Shown here: positions 14,969 to 24,854 of the stretch, in pieces
How positions within the stretch are numbered: the first letter of the stretch is position 1
Layout: each line of letters starts with the position of its first letter
DNA from: a virus
Lineage: Duplodnaviria; Caudoviricetes
Reading direction: 5' to 3' (one strand)
Length of the DNA stretch: 24,854 nt
IMG/VR virus record: IMGVR_UViG_3300022181_000084
Coordinates: 1 to 24,854 of that record
Translations under genes and position numbers: made by a program
Notes under the pieces: generated by a model
The model's database searches: none
The model's input: the letters and a program-made list of their open reading frames with translations, nothing else
Told to the model about the DNA's origin: nothing

Positions 14969-17023
14969 ATGGGAAAAAATTTGGTTATCGTAGAATCACC
15001 TGCGAAAGCTAAGACAATTGGAAAATTTCTAGGCAAAAACTATACGGTTAAGGCTTCTGTAGGACATATTCGAGATTTGCCAAAAAGCAAATTGGGTGTT
15101 GATGTAGAAAATGATTTTGAGCCACAGTACATCACAATAAGGGGAAAAGGAAGCGTAGTAAACGAATTAAAAAAGCAAGCAAAAAAATCTGACAAGGTAT
15201 ATCTGGCAACTGACCCTGATAGAGAGGGAGAGGCTATTTCGTGGCATCTTGCTTATCTACTAGGGCTAAATGAAGAAGAACCTATAAGAATTGAATTCAA
15301 TGAAATAACAAAGGATGCAATAAAAAAAGCTATCAAGCATCCTAGGAAAATAGACAGACCTCTTGTAGATGCTCAGCAAGCTAGGAGAGTAGTAGATAGA
15401 TTGGTGGGTTACAAAATCAGCCCGATTTTATGGGCTAAAATCAGAAAAGGCTTAAGTGCTGGTAGAGTTCAGTCTGTCGCTACCAAGCTAATTTGTGATA
15501 GAGAAAATGAAATTAATGCTTTTGAGCCTGAAGAGTATTGGTCTATTGATGCAATTACCCAAATCGACAAGAAAAATAAAGTTGACTTTAAGTTTTATGG
15601 TGATGAAAAGGGTAAAATAGAATTGCATAGTAAAGATGAAGTAGATTTAATTTTAAAATCAATTAAAAATAAAGATTTAGTGATAAAAGCTGTAGAAAAA
15701 AAGGAAAGAAAGAGAAGCGCGCCAAAACCTTTTACTACAAGCTCACTTCAGCAGGAAGCATCAGGCAAATTGTCTTTTACTACAAAAAAGACAATGATAG
15801 TAGCTCAGCAGCTTTATGAAGGCGTAGATATAAAAGGCAAGGGAAGTCTTGGTCTTATAACATATATCAGAACCGATTCCTTTAGAATATCGGATGAGGC
15901 TCAGGAAAATGCAAAAAACTATATTAATGATAAATATGGAAAAGACTATTTCAAAAAGTATCAAAATAATTCTAAATCAAAAAAGAAAATTCAAGATGCA
16001 CATGAATGTATTAGACCTTCATATGTAGACTTAGCACCAGAAGACATAGAAGATTCACTTTCTAAAGAGCAGTTTAAACTATATAAATTAATCTGGGAAA
16101 GATTTATCGCGACAATGATGGCAGATGCAATATATGATTCGCAAAATATAAGTGCATCAATAGACAAGTATATTTTTAAAACAAGTGGTTCAAAGCTGAA
16201 ATTCGATGGTTTTATGAAAGTATATAGTTTTAGCTCTCAAGAAGAGACCATTTTACCAGATATGAAAGAAGAAAGTGTTTTTCCAGTAAAGAAGATAGAC
16301 CCAAAACAGCATTTTACTCAGCCTCCTGCACGATATAGTGAGGCTAGCCTAGTAAAGACTTTAGAGGAGCTGGGAATAGGAAGACCTAGTACGTACGCTC
16401 CAACGATTTCAACTATACTACAAAGAGATTATGTAGAAAAAAAAGGCAATAGCTTGATTCCTACTGAGCTAGGATTTATAGTAACAGAAATAATGAGTGA
16501 AAATTTCAAAGAAATCGTTGATTATACATTTACAGCTGATATGGAAAACAATTTAGATAAGATAGAAGATGGAGAAATTGAATGGCAAAATATAGTTAAG
16601 GATTTTTATTCTCCTCTAGAAGAATCTATTGAAAAAGCTGTTGAAAATATAGAGAAGGTTATTTTGGAAGAAAAAACTGATGAAATCTGCGACATATGTG
16701 GTTCTGAAATGGTAATTAAATTTGGAAGATTTGGCAAATTTATAGCTTGCAAAAACTATCCTGAATGCAAAGGAACTAAGCCTATACTTGAGAGGATAGG
16801 AATTAAATGTCCAGAATGTAGTGATGGCGATGTAATAATTAGAAAAACAAAAAAAGGAAGAATTTTTTATGGATGTTCATCTTTTCCAAAGTGCAGATTT
16901 GTTTCTTGGGATAGACCAAATGGAGAAAAGTGTCCTAAATGTGATTCTTTCTTGGTTATAGCTAAAACTAAGACCACTGAAAAAATAAAATGTTCAAACA
17001 AAGAGTGCGATTATGAAAAATAG
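14969..17023 (+). CDS. topA: DNA topoisomerase I
   Basis: LVIVESPAKAKTI, ATDPDREGEAI, SAGRVQS, ITYIRTDS, GIGRPSTY; C-terminal Zn ribbons. Confidence 0.98.
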   Translation: MGKNLVIVESPAKAKTIGKFLGKNYTVKASVGHIRDLPKSKLGVDVENDFEPQYITIRGKGSVVNELKKQAKKSDKVYLATDPDREGEAISWHLAYLLGLNEEEPIRIEFNEITKDAIKKAIKHPRKIDRPLVDAQQARRVVDRLVGYKISPILWAKIRKGLSAGRVQSVATKLICDRENEINAFEPEEYWSIDAITQIDKKNKVDFKFYGDEKGKIELHSKDEVDLILKSIKNKDLVIKAVEKKERKRSAPKPFTTSSLQQEASGKLSFTTKKTMIVAQQLYEGVDIKGKGSLGLITYIRTDSFRISDEAQENAKNYINDKYGKDYFKKYQNNSKSKKKIQDAHECIRPSYVDLAPEDIEDSLSKEQFKLYKLIWERFIATMMADAIYDSQNISASIDKYIFKTSGSKLKFDGFMKVYSFSSQEETILPDMKEESVFPVKKIDPKQHFTQPPARYSEASLVKTLEELGIGRPSTYAPTISTILQRDYVEKKGNSLIPTELGFIVTEIMSENFKEIVDYTFTADMENNLDKIEDGEIEWQNIVKDFYSPLEESIEKAVENIEKVILEEKTDEICDICGSEMVIKFGRFGKFIACKNYPECKGTKPILERIGIKCPECSDGDVIIRKTKKGRIFYGCSSFPKCRFVSWDRPNGEKCPKCDSFLVIAKTKTTEKIKCSNKECDYEK

Positions 17024-17185
17024 GTAAAAAAGCTTGAATATTTTCATAAGTTGTGATAATATTTTTTGTGGTATTAAAATACTTTAGAAAATTTAAAAAA
17101 TTCAAAAAATAATACTAAATTCTCTAATATAAAAAATAATTCATTAATATAAAAATTGTGTAGAAACGATAAAGGAGAGAATAAG

Positions 17186-17965
17186 ATGTCAAGCTTATTA
17201 TTAGAAAAAACAAGAAAAATCAATAAGATTCTTCAAAACTCAGGATCAAACCCAGTATCATTTACGGAGCTTAGCAAAACATTAAAAGACGTTTTAAATG
17301 CCAATGTATATATTGTAAGTTCTAAAGGAAAGGCTCTTGGAGTTGAGCTTACTCATATGTCAGACAGTTCAACTATTATTGATGAAAAAACAGGAGAAGA
17401 AAGACTACCAGATAGCTATATTGAATCAGTTAATCGTATATTTGAAACCATATCAAATTTAACTCAAGAAAAGCTTTTAGAGGTTTTCAAAGATGACGTA
17501 AAAAGCTATGAAAAATATGCAACAATTGTACCGATAATGGGAAGTGGACAAAGACTAGGAACTCTTATTTTATCAAGATATGAAAGTAAGTTTTCTGATG
17601 AGGATTTGATACTTGCTGAATATAGTGCAACTGTTGTTGGTCTGGAAATTCTAAGAGCTAGAAGCGAAGAATTAGAAGACGAAATGAGAAGCAAAGCTGT
17701 TGTTCAAATGGCTATTAATACACTATCATATTCAGAGCTTGAAGCTGTTGAGCACATCTTTAATGAACTTAATGGAGATGAAGGGCTTCTAGTTGCTAGT
17801 AAAATAGCTGACAGAGTTGGAATTACTCGTTCTGTTATAGTAAATGCACTTAGAAAATTTGAAAGTGCTGGTGTAATTGAATCTCGTTCTCTTGGAATGA
17901 AGGGTACTCATATTAAGATCCTAAATGACAAGCTGCTTGATGAACTTAAAAAGAATAAGCATTAG
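17186..17965 (+). CDS. codY: GTP/BCAA-sensing repressor CodY
   Basis: Start revised to ATG 17186 behind AAAGGAG; [51 protein letters not shown]. Confidence 0.97.
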   Translation: MSSLLLEKTRKINKILQNSGSNPVSFTELSKTLKDVLNANVYIVSSKGKALGVELTHMSDSSTIIDEKTGEERLPDSYIESVNRIFETISNLTQEKLLEVFKDDVKSYEKYATIVPIMGSGQRLGTLILSRYESKFSDEDLILAEYSATVVGLEILRARSEELEDEMRSKAVVQMAINTLSYSELEAVEHIFNELNGDEGLLVASKIADRVGITRSVIVNALRKFESAGVIESRSLGMKGTHIKILNDKLLDELKKNKH

Positions 17966-17972
17966 TAATTAC

Positions 17973-17999
17973 AGCCCGGCTATTTGTCCGGGTTTTTTT
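17973..17999 (+). terminator. Rho-independent terminator after codY
   Basis: AGCCCGG...CCGGGTT followed by T tract. Confidence 0.85.
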
Positions 18000-18139
18000 A
18001 TGTATAAAATTGTTTAAGGATTAGTAAATTATATTTGATTGATTAATCGTTTAGCTTATTATTCAAATACTTAATTTTATCCATAACCATATTAAAAGAG
18101 TTATAATAATTTATATTATTATTACGAGGAGTTATCTTT

Positions 18140-19396
18140 ATGAAAAAACCACTGGCAGATATGATAAGGCCTAAAAAAATTGATGAAATAGTTGGACAAG
18201 AGCATTTGACAGGGTATGACGGAGTGATCTATAGGGCTATAGAGAATAATATAATACCAAATATGATATTTTATGGCCCGCCTGGAGTTGGAAAAACAAG
18301 TGTAGCAAATATTATTGCAAATTCCTGCAATAAATCTATACACATGTTAAATGCAACCTATACTAAAACTGAAGAAGTAAAAGAAATACTAAAGGACTCT
18401 AAGCTTCAAACTCTTGACAGTAAAGAGATTATATATATAGATGAAATACAAAATTTTAATAAAAAACAGCAACAAATTCTTTTAGATTATATTGAAAAAG
18501 GGGACATTGTTCTTATAGCTAGCACCACTGAAAATCCATACCACTATGTATATAAAGCGCTGCTTAGTAGATGCTTTGTGCTTGAGTTTAAAGCCTTAGA
18601 GCATAAGGATATAAAAAAAGGGGTGCAAGTTCTTATTGCATCTTTAAAAAATGACACTTACAAAATTAAGATTGATGATATTGCCTTAGATAATATCGCT
18701 CATTATGCAGATGGAGATATGAGAAAAGCAGTTAATTTAATAGAACTTATTTTGCAGTTATATGAAGATGAAAATGAAATCAACATTAGTATTGAGCTTT
18801 TGAAGAAGCTAAATATATCAAAGCAGCTTATGTATGATATAAGTGGAGATAGTCACTACGATATTTTAAGCGCATTCCAAAAATCAATAAGAGGTAGCGA
18901 TACAGATGCCTCACTTCACTATTTAGCTCGGCTTATTAAATCAGGTGATTTGAAATCTATTTGCAGAAGGTTGCTTGTGATTGCTTCAGAGGATATTGGA
19001 CTAGCTTATCCTAATGCTATAACTATAATAAAAAACTGCGTTGATAGTGCTCTTCATTTAGGATTTCCAGAAGCGAGGATACCTCTTGCTCAAGCAGTTA
19101 TACTATTAGCAACATCGCCTAAATCCAATTCCGTTATTAAAGCAATTGATAGCGCTATGGATGATTTAGAAAAGTTTTCAGTAGGAGATATACCTCTTCA
19201 TTTAAAGGATGCACATTATTTAGGAGCGCAGAATTTGGATAGAGGAATAGATTATAAGTATCCACATAATTATGAGAATAATTATGTTGTGCAACAATAT
19301 CTACCAGACGCAATAAAAAGCAGAGTATATTACCAATCGCAAAAAAATAAATTCGAAACTAGCATTAAAAATTATTGGAAAGATATTAAAAAATAA
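18140..19396 (+). CDS. rarA: Replication-associated recombination protein A (MgsA/RarA)
   Basis: PLADMIRP, Walker A GPPGVGKT, IDEIQ, STTENP, HYDILSAFQKSIRGSD, YKYPH. Confidence 0.95.
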   Translation: MKKPLADMIRPKKIDEIVGQEHLTGYDGVIYRAIENNIIPNMIFYGPPGVGKTSVANIIANSCNKSIHMLNATYTKTEEVKEILKDSKLQTLDSKEIIYIDEIQNFNKKQQQILLDYIEKGDIVLIASTTENPYHYVYKALLSRCFVLEFKALEHKDIKKGVQVLIASLKNDTYKIKIDDIALDNIAHYADGDMRKAVNLIELILQLYEDENEINISIELLKKLNISKQLMYDISGDSHYDILSAFQKSIRGSDTDASLHYLARLIKSGDLKSICRRLLVIASEDIGLAYPNAITIIKNCVDSALHLGFPEARIPLAQAVILLATSPKSNSVIKAIDSAMDDLEKFSVGDIPLHLKDAHYLGAQNLDRGIDYKYPHNYENNYVVQQYLPDAIKSRVYYQSQKNKFETSIKNYWKDIKK

Positions 19397-19411
19397 TTGA
19401 TTGTCTTTTGA

Positions 19412-19471
19412 TTGACAAAGAAAAGACACTAAGCTATAATAAAATTAATTCATAGTAAATGACTAGGGATT
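19412..19471 (+). promoter_or_regulatory. SigA promoter and probable Rrf2/IscR operator
   Basis: TTGACA (19412-19417), 17 nt, TATAAT (19435-19440); imperfect palindrome AATTCATAGT-N5-ACTAGGGATT at 19447-19471. Confidence 0.75.
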
Positions 19472-19490
19472 ATGAAAAGAGGTTATAAAC

Positions 19491-19937
19491 GTGAAACTAT
19501 CAACGAAAGGAAGATATGGACTTAAAGCCATTTTTGAATTAGCCTTAAAGGAAGAGGAAAATCTTCCACTTTCATTAAAGTATATTGCAGACAAGAATGG
19601 ACTTTCAGAGCAGTACTTAGAACAAATCTTTGCTATATTAAAAAAATCAGGCTTAGTAAAAAGTGTAAGAGGAGCTCAAGGTGGTTATTATCTTAGCAAG
19701 CCTTCCTCACAAATCACAGTAGGTCAAGTGCTTAGAGCTTTAGAAGGACCTATGGCTCCATCTGATTGTGTTTTAGAGGAAGATGCTGATTGTGAGAACT
19801 CTGACTTTTGTGTTACCAAGGTAGTTTGGCAAAGAATTAAAGATAGTGTAGATAGTGTTATAGATTCTGTAACTTTAAAAGATATGGTTTTAGATCATAA
19901 ACTAAAAAGTAGCAAAAATAATTTTAAGGAGATGTGA
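19491..19937 (+). CDS. iscR: Rrf2-family regulator, IscR-like (three Cys retained)
   Basis: MKLSTKGRYGL, YLEQIF, SVRGAQGGY, C-x7-C-x5-C; heads the iscS-iscU operon. Confidence 0.85.
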   Translation: MKLSTKGRYGLKAIFELALKEEENLPLSLKYIADKNGLSEQYLEQIFAILKKSGLVKSVRGAQGGYYLSKPSSQITVGQVLRALEGPMAPSDCVLEEDADCENSDFCVTKVVWQRIKDSVDSVIDSVTLKDMVLDHKLKSSKNNFKEM

Positions 19938-19940
19938 TTT

Positions 19941-21137
19941 ATGGAGCAAAAAAGAGTTTATCTTGACAATGCAGCGACTACTCCGGTGAAAAAAGAAGTT
20001 CTAGATGCTATGATACCTTACTTTACAAATAATTATGGAAACCCATCTAGTATACATTTCTTTGGCAGAGAGGTTAGAAAACCTGTAGATGAAGCTAGAG
20101 AAAAAGTAGCAAAGTTATTAGGAGCTGCAAGCAATGAAATATATTTTACAGCTGGTGGATCGGAATCAGATAACTGGGCAATTAAAGGTGCAGCTTTTAA
20201 ATTGATGAATAAAGGCAAGCATATAATAACAACTAAAATTGAGCACCATGCTGTGCTTCACACTTGTGAATACTTAGAAAAGGAGCATGGATTTCAAATC
20301 ACTTATTTAGATGTAAACAAGGATGGCTTAGTAGATTTAGATAATTTTAAAAATAATCTAAGGGAAGATACAATTTTAGTTAGTATAATGTTTGCTAACA
20401 ATGAGATTGGAACAATTCAGCCTATAAGAGAAATCGGCCAAATTTGTAAGGATAAAGGGATTGTTTTCCATACAGATGCAGTACAGGCAGTTGGAAATAT
20501 AAAAATTGATGTAAAAGAACTTAATATAGATATGCTATCACTTTCGGCTCATAAAATTTATGGACCTAAAGGAATAGGTGCTCTTTATATTAAAAATGGA
20601 ATTAAGCTAGATAATCTAATCCATGGTGGAGCACAGGAGCGTAAGAAAAGAGCTGGAACAGAAAACGTACCTGGAATTATAGGTCTTGGAAAAGCTTGTG
20701 AAATTGCAAATGACAATTTAGAGAGTCATATTTCTAAGCTTACTAATTTAAGAGAAAGACTTATGAATGGAATTTTAAATGAAATACCTCATACTATTGT
20801 AACTGGAAGCAGAGAAAGTAGACTACCTGGAACTGCAAGCTTTTGCTTTAAGTTTATAGAAGGTGAGGCTTTGCTTCTGAGCTTAGATTTAGTTGGTATA
20901 GCAGGCTCGAGTGGTTCAGCTTGTACATCTGGTTCGCTTGACCCTTCTCATGTGCTTATGGCACTTGGACTTACTCATGAGATAGCTCATGGCTCTTTAC
21001 GACTTAGCTTATCAGATTTTACAACTGAAGAAGAAATTGATTATGTAATTGAAAAGCTTCCACCGATTATCGATAGACTTAGAAAAATGTCACCATTATA
21101 TGAAGATTTTTTGAAGGGAGAATCAGTTAATGTATAG
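19941..21137 (+). CDS. iscS: Cysteine desulfurase IscS/NifS
   Basis: YLDNAATT, SAHKIYGPKG (PLP Lys), SSGSACTS (catalytic Cys). Confidence 0.95.
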   Translation: MEQKRVYLDNAATTPVKKEVLDAMIPYFTNNYGNPSSIHFFGREVRKPVDEAREKVAKLLGAASNEIYFTAGGSESDNWAIKGAAFKLMNKGKHIITTKIEHHAVLHTCEYLEKEHGFQITYLDVNKDGLVDLDNFKNNLREDTILVSIMFANNEIGTIQPIREIGQICKDKGIVFHTDAVQAVGNIKIDVKELNIDMLSLSAHKIYGPKGIGALYIKNGIKLDNLIHGGAQERKKRAGTENVPGIIGLGKACEIANDNLESHISKLTNLRERLMNGILNEIPHTIVTGSRESRLPGTASFCFKFIEGEALLLSLDLVGIAGSSGSACTSGSLDPSHVLMALGLTHEIAHGSLRLSLSDFTTEEEIDYVIEKLPPIIDRLRKMSPLYEDFLKGESVNV

Positions 21138-21570
21138 CGATAAAGTTATGGACCATTTTACAAATCCTAGAAATGTTGGAGAAATTGAAGGTGCAGATGG
21201 TGTTGGAGAAGTTGGAAATGCCAAATGTGGAGATATAATGAAAATATATCTTAAAGTAGAAGATAATGTAATTCAGGATGTAAAATTTAAAACTTATGGA
21301 TGTGGCTCAGCCATAGCAAGCTCTAGTATGGCTACAGAAATGATTAAAGGCAAGACTGTTCAAGAAGCTTTAAATTTAACAAACAAAGCAGTTGCAGAAG
21401 CTTTGGATGGTCTTCCTCCAGTAAAAATGCACTGCTCAGTTTTAGCAGAGCAAGCAATAAAGAAAGCTCTTCAAGACTATGCGCTAAAGAATAATTTAAC
21501 TATTGAAGGATTAACTGATGTTGAGTTTGATGATGATCACGATCATCATGATGATATAGAAGAAGATTAA
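21130..21570 (+). CDS. iscU: Fe-S scaffold IscU/NifU-N
   Basis: YSDKVMDHFTNPRNVG, CGD, GCGSAIASSS, LPPVKMHCS. Confidence 0.93.
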   Translation: MYSDKVMDHFTNPRNVGEIEGADGVGEVGNAKCGDIMKIYLKVEDNVIQDVKFKTYGCGSAIASSSMATEMIKGKTVQEALNLTNKAVAEALDGLPPVKMHCSVLAEQAIKKALQDYALKNNLTIEGLTDVEFDDDHDHHDDIEED

Positions 21571-21572
21571 TA

Positions 21573-21601
21573 TTGATTTTTGTAGTCCAAGGCTATATAA
21601 T
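21573..21601 (+). promoter_or_regulatory. SigA promoter of the alaS leader
   Basis: TTGATT, 17 nt, TATAAT. Confidence 0.7.
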
Positions 21602-21624
21602 TGTATCAATATAATTTTAATACC

Positions 21625-21863
21625 AAACGGCTATGATAAGAATAGTAAAGTAGCTTAATTGCCTTACAGAGAGGGGATATACGCTGAAAGTCCCTAGGTT
21701 ATTATTACTTGAAGCTAACTTTGAGCCTGACTATCTAATAAATAGTCACGTTAACTACGTTACAGTTAGATTAAGTGGCCAATTGGCAATTAGGGTGGTA
21801 CCGCGATTTAACCTCGTCCCTGTGATATAATATATATATCATAGGAACGGGGTTTTTTATTTT
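21625..21863 (+). ncRNA. T-box riboswitch (Ala specifier)
   Basis: Stem I motifs AGTA, CAGAGA and GCTGAAA; specifier GAA-GCT (GCT at 21714-21716); T-box AATTAGGGTGGTACCGCG (21788-21805); terminator CCTCGTCCC...GGAACGGGG plus T tract. Confidence 0.92.
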
Positions 21864-21892
21864 GATTTTAATTTGATTAAGGAGGTTATGAT

Positions 21893-24541
21893 TTGAAGAA
21901 TTTAGGGGTAAATGAAATTAGAGAAATGTACCTTAGTTTTTTTCGCTCGAAAGATCATTATTCTAGAAGTAGCTTTTCTTTAGTACCAGAAAATGATAAA
22001 AGTCTTTTGCTTATAAATGCGGGCATGGCTCCAATGAAAAATTATTTTATGGGGATAGAGACTCCGCCTAATAAGAGAATGGCTACCTGTCAAAAGTGTG
22101 TTAGAACAGGAGATATCGAAAACGTTGGAAAAACTGCTAGACATGCTACTTTTTTTGAAATGCTTGGAAATTTTTCTTTTGGAGATTATTTCAAAAAAGA
22201 AGCTATTGCATGGGCTTGGGAGTTTGTTACAAAAGACTTAGAGCTAAATCCAGATGATTTATGGGTTACAGTTTATTTAGAGGATGATGAGGCCTTTGAT
22301 ATATGGGAAAAGGATATAAATGTTCCTAAAGAAAGAATTGTTAGACTTGGAAAGGAAGATAATTTTTGGGAGATAGGAACAGGAACAGGTCCTTGTGGTC
22401 CGTGCTCAGAAATATATATAGATAGAGGAAAAGAATTTGGATGTTCTGACCCTGATTGTAAACCAGGATGTGACTGCGATAGATTTTTAGAATTTTGGAA
22501 TTTAGTTTTTACCCAGTTTAATAAAGATGAAGATGGAAACTATAACCCTCTTCCAAATCCAAATATCGATACTGGTATGGGATTAGAAAGAATGGCATGC
22601 ATCATGCAGGGCGTAGATAGCATTTTTGATATAGACACTATGAAAAGCATCAGAGACAATGTATGCGAGTTGTCAGGCAAAGAATATGGAAAATCGACTG
22701 AAACAGATGTTTCTATTAGATTGATTACTGACCATTCTAGAGCAGTGACTTTCTTGATTTCAGATGGAGTTCTTCCTTCGAATGAAGGTAGAGGCTATGT
22801 GCTAAGAAGGTTAATAAGAAGAGCTTCAAGACATGGAAGATTATTAGGAATAAAAAATAACTTTCTAGTTAAACTTATGGAAACTGTAATAGAAAATTAT
22901 GGCGAGGCATATCCAGATTTAGTGGAGAAAAAAGAGTATATCAAAAAAATATTAACAGTTGAAGAAGAAAAATTTTCCGAAACCTTAGATCAAGGTATGG
23001 TTATTTTAAAAGAGTATATGGATAAAATTAAGTCAGAATCTAAAGCTGTTTTAAGTGGAGAAGATGCATTTAGATTATATGACACTTATGGCTTCCCTAT
23101 AGAATTGACATTGGAAATTGTTGAGGAATATGGACTAAAGGTTGATGAGGATGGATTCAAAGCTGAAATGCAAAAGCAAAAAGAAAGAGCTCGCTCTGCA
23201 AGGACAGATAAAGGAGTAGAGGGATGGAAGGAAACTGCTGACACACTTACTTTTTCTATAGAAAAAAATGAATTTATTGGATATGATGAACTTGAAACAT
23301 CGGCTCAAATTAAAGATATCATATATGATAACCAGAAAATAGATATCTTATCAGAGGGGCAAGCAGGAGAACTGGTTTTTGAAAAAACTCCATTTTATGC
23401 AGAATCAGGTGGACAAGTAGCTGATAAAGGGGTTGTAAAAAGTGAAAATTTTGTGGCTGAAGTTAAGGATGTCCAAAAATCTCATAATGGACTATTTATC
23501 CATAGGGTAGAAGTTGTATCAGGAGAAGCTAAGCTTTCGGATAAATGTGAATTAGTAGTCGATGAAAAGCTAAGAAAATCTACTCAAAGAAACCACACTT
23601 GTACTCATCTTTTGCATAAAGCTTTAAGGGCGGTATTAGGGGCTCACATACATCAAGCAGGTTCTTTGGTATCTGATACTAGATTAAGATTCGATTTTAC
23701 TCATTTTGAACCTATTACTTCTGAGCAATTAAGTCAAATTGAAAATATGGTGAATGAAGCTATATTTAAAGCTTATCCAGTTAAAGTAGAGGTAATGAAT
23801 ATAGAAGAAGCAAAGAAATCTGGTGCTATGGCTTTATTTGATGAGAAGTATGAAGATAATGTAAGAGTTGTTTCTGTAGGAGAATTTTCTACTGAGCTTT
23901 GCGGAGGAACGCATGTGAGCAATTCTTCTGATATCGGTATGTTTAAAATTCTTTCTGAATCTGGAATTGCTTCTGGAGTAAGAAGAATTGAAGCAATTAC
24001 AGGAAGTAATGTATATCAATATTTATTGGAAAAAGAAGCAGTTCTTGATGAGATAAAATCTTTAGTAAAATCAAATGAAGACAACCTAGTAATTAAACTA
24101 TCTCAAACTATTGAAGATTATAAGACAGCTCAAAAAGAACTTTCAAAGCTAAAATCAGAAATTGCAAAGAATCAGATTAATGAAATTTTAGAGGGAGCTA
24201 AAGATATTGAGGGTATTAAATATGTATATAGCTCATTTGAAGATTTAGATGATGAAACACTTAGAAATGCAGCAGAAAATGTAATTGATAAAATAGAAAA
24301 TTCTGTTGTACTACTAAGCAGTTATTTTGAAAATAAAATTTCTTTTGTTTGTATGGTATCAAAAGGTGCACTTCAAAAAGGTGTTCATGCTGGAAAATTC
24401 ATAAAAGAAGTATCTTCACTAACAGGCGGCGGTGGTGGTGGAAAACCTAACATGGCTCAAGCTGGTGGTAAAGATATCTCGAAATTGAGCGAGGCTATGA
24501 GGCAATCTGAGACGATACTAAAAACTTTTATAAATTCTTAA
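21893..24541 (+). CDS. alaS: Alanine--tRNA ligase
   Basis: LLLINAGM, HATFFEMLGNFSFGDYFK, IDTGMGLER, NHTCTHLLH, ELCGGTH, GGGGGGK; TTG start behind AAGGAGG. Confidence 0.98.
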   Translation: MKNLGVNEIREMYLSFFRSKDHYSRSSFSLVPENDKSLLLINAGMAPMKNYFMGIETPPNKRMATCQKCVRTGDIENVGKTARHATFFEMLGNFSFGDYFKKEAIAWAWEFVTKDLELNPDDLWVTVYLEDDEAFDIWEKDINVPKERIVRLGKEDNFWEIGTGTGPCGPCSEIYIDRGKEFGCSDPDCKPGCDCDRFLEFWNLVFTQFNKDEDGNYNPLPNPNIDTGMGLERMACIMQGVDSIFDIDTMKSIRDNVCELSGKEYGKSTETDVSIRLITDHSRAVTFLISDGVLPSNEGRGYVLRRLIRRASRHGRLLGIKNNFLVKLMETVIENYGEAYPDLVEKKEYIKKILTVEEEKFSETLDQGMVILKEYMDKIKSESKAVLSGEDAFRLYDTYGFPIELTLEIVEEYGLKVDEDGFKAEMQKQKERARSARTDKGVEGWKETADTLTFSIEKNEFIGYDELETSAQIKDIIYDNQKIDILSEGQAGELVFEKTPFYAESGGQVADKGVVKSENFVAEVKDVQKSHNGLFIHRVEVVSGEAKLSDKCELVVDEKLRKSTQRNHTCTHLLHKALRAVLGAHIHQAGSLVSDTRLRFDFTHFEPITSEQLSQIENMVNEAIFKAYPVKVEVMNIEEAKKSGAMALFDEKYEDNVRVVSVGEFSTELCGGTHVSNSSDIGMFKILSESGIASGVRRIEAITGSNVYQYLLEKEAVLDEIKSLVKSNEDNLVIKLSQTIEDYKTAQKELSKLKSEIAKNQINEILEGAKDIEGIKYVYSSFEDLDDETLRNAAENVIDKIENSVVLLSSYFENKISFVCMVSKGALQKGVHAGKFIKEVSSLTGGGGGGKPNMAQAGGKDISKLSEAMRQSETILKTFINS

Positions 24542-24558
24542 TTAAATAGATTTTAGAA

Positions 24559-24587
24559 TATAAAGGAGCCTTTATGGCTCCTTTATA
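24559..24587 (+). terminator. Hairpin terminator after alaS
   Basis: TATAAAGGAGCC-tttat-GGCTCCTTTATA perfect 12-bp stem. Confidence 0.8.
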
Positions 24588-24651
24588 CTTGATTTAATTT
24601 GTTTTATATAATATCATATCTAACATAGATAGTTGTAGAGGAGGAGAAATA

Positions 24652-24732
24652 ATGAACGATAACATGGATTTTACTATGAAGTTTGAGCATAAAAAAGACG
24701 AAGAGAAAATGGACGAAAAGGAAGTAGCCTAG
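24652..24732 (+). pseudogene. ireB: 5' fragment of IreB/ReoM (DUF965), truncated by an IS insertion
   Basis: RBS GAGGAG; MNDNMDFTMKFEHKKDEEKMDEKEVA* has the DxTMKF N-terminal motif; position after alaS is the conserved one; the stop codon lies inside the IS end. Confidence 0.75.
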
Positions 24733-24854
24733 ATTCTACGTGCAATCTACTCATATAACCCTTTAAGCAAGTATTTATAATCGTTAAGCCAAAACCATTC
24801 TTTCACCCAATGGGTGAAAGAAAATTGCAGCAAATTAACATCTATTTGTATGTT
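24728..24854 (+). mobile_element. Left end of an ISEcp1-like (IS1380 family) insertion sequence, running out of the window
   Basis: CCTAGATTCTACGT (24728-24741) equals the ISEcp1 IRL as I recall it; palindrome TTCTTTCACCCA-A-TGGGTGAAAGAA (24798-24822) resembles the subterminal one recalled from ISEcp1; no transposase is visible in the window. Confidence 0.75.

Noticed and set aside
15761-24019. Minus-strand ORFs 15761..15964, 17506..17694, 18122..18343, 20033..20218 and 23834..24019
   Set aside because: Antisense to conserved housekeeping genes (topA, codY, rarA, iscS, alaS)
24730-24780. Amber read-through (pyrrolysine or recoding) of ireB giving ILRAIYSYNP
   Set aside because: The TAG lies inside an IS terminal repeat, the frame closes again at 24778-24780, and many genes in the window use TAG as a normal stop
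1-24854. CRISPR array, tRNA or rRNA genes
   Set aside because: No regularly spaced repeats, cloverleaf or rRNA-like sequence seen

Overview
Low-GC Firmicute (Clostridia) chromosome. The gene order dprA-topA-codY-rarA-iscR-iscS-iscU-alaS-ireB resembles Peptostreptococcales such as C. difficile (recalled, not searched). Bases 1-~13105 are the right arm of a contractile-tailed (PBSX/Xkd-like) prophage. It carries baseplate and tail-fibre genes, a lysis cassette (GH73 + NlpC/P60 endolysin, LL-H-type holin), a Dam-like methyltransferase with an upstream LexA box and one nonsense codon, and an AT-rich accessory region (orphan ORFs, an XRE/ImmA/42-aa module, a membrane protein, a double-HTH ORF). 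The prophage ends inside comM (YifB), at the conserved P-C-P-C-G motif (~13105). The most unusual signal is the double-HTH ORF: its frame runs open across this junction and has no usable start codon on the phage side, so its N-terminus must change with integration/excision. The rest is housekeeping DNA, including an Ala T-box. At the far end ireB/reoM is cut after 26 codons by what looks like the left end of an ISEcp1-like (IS1380 family) element. All family calls come from motif recognition and gene context; no database search was run.
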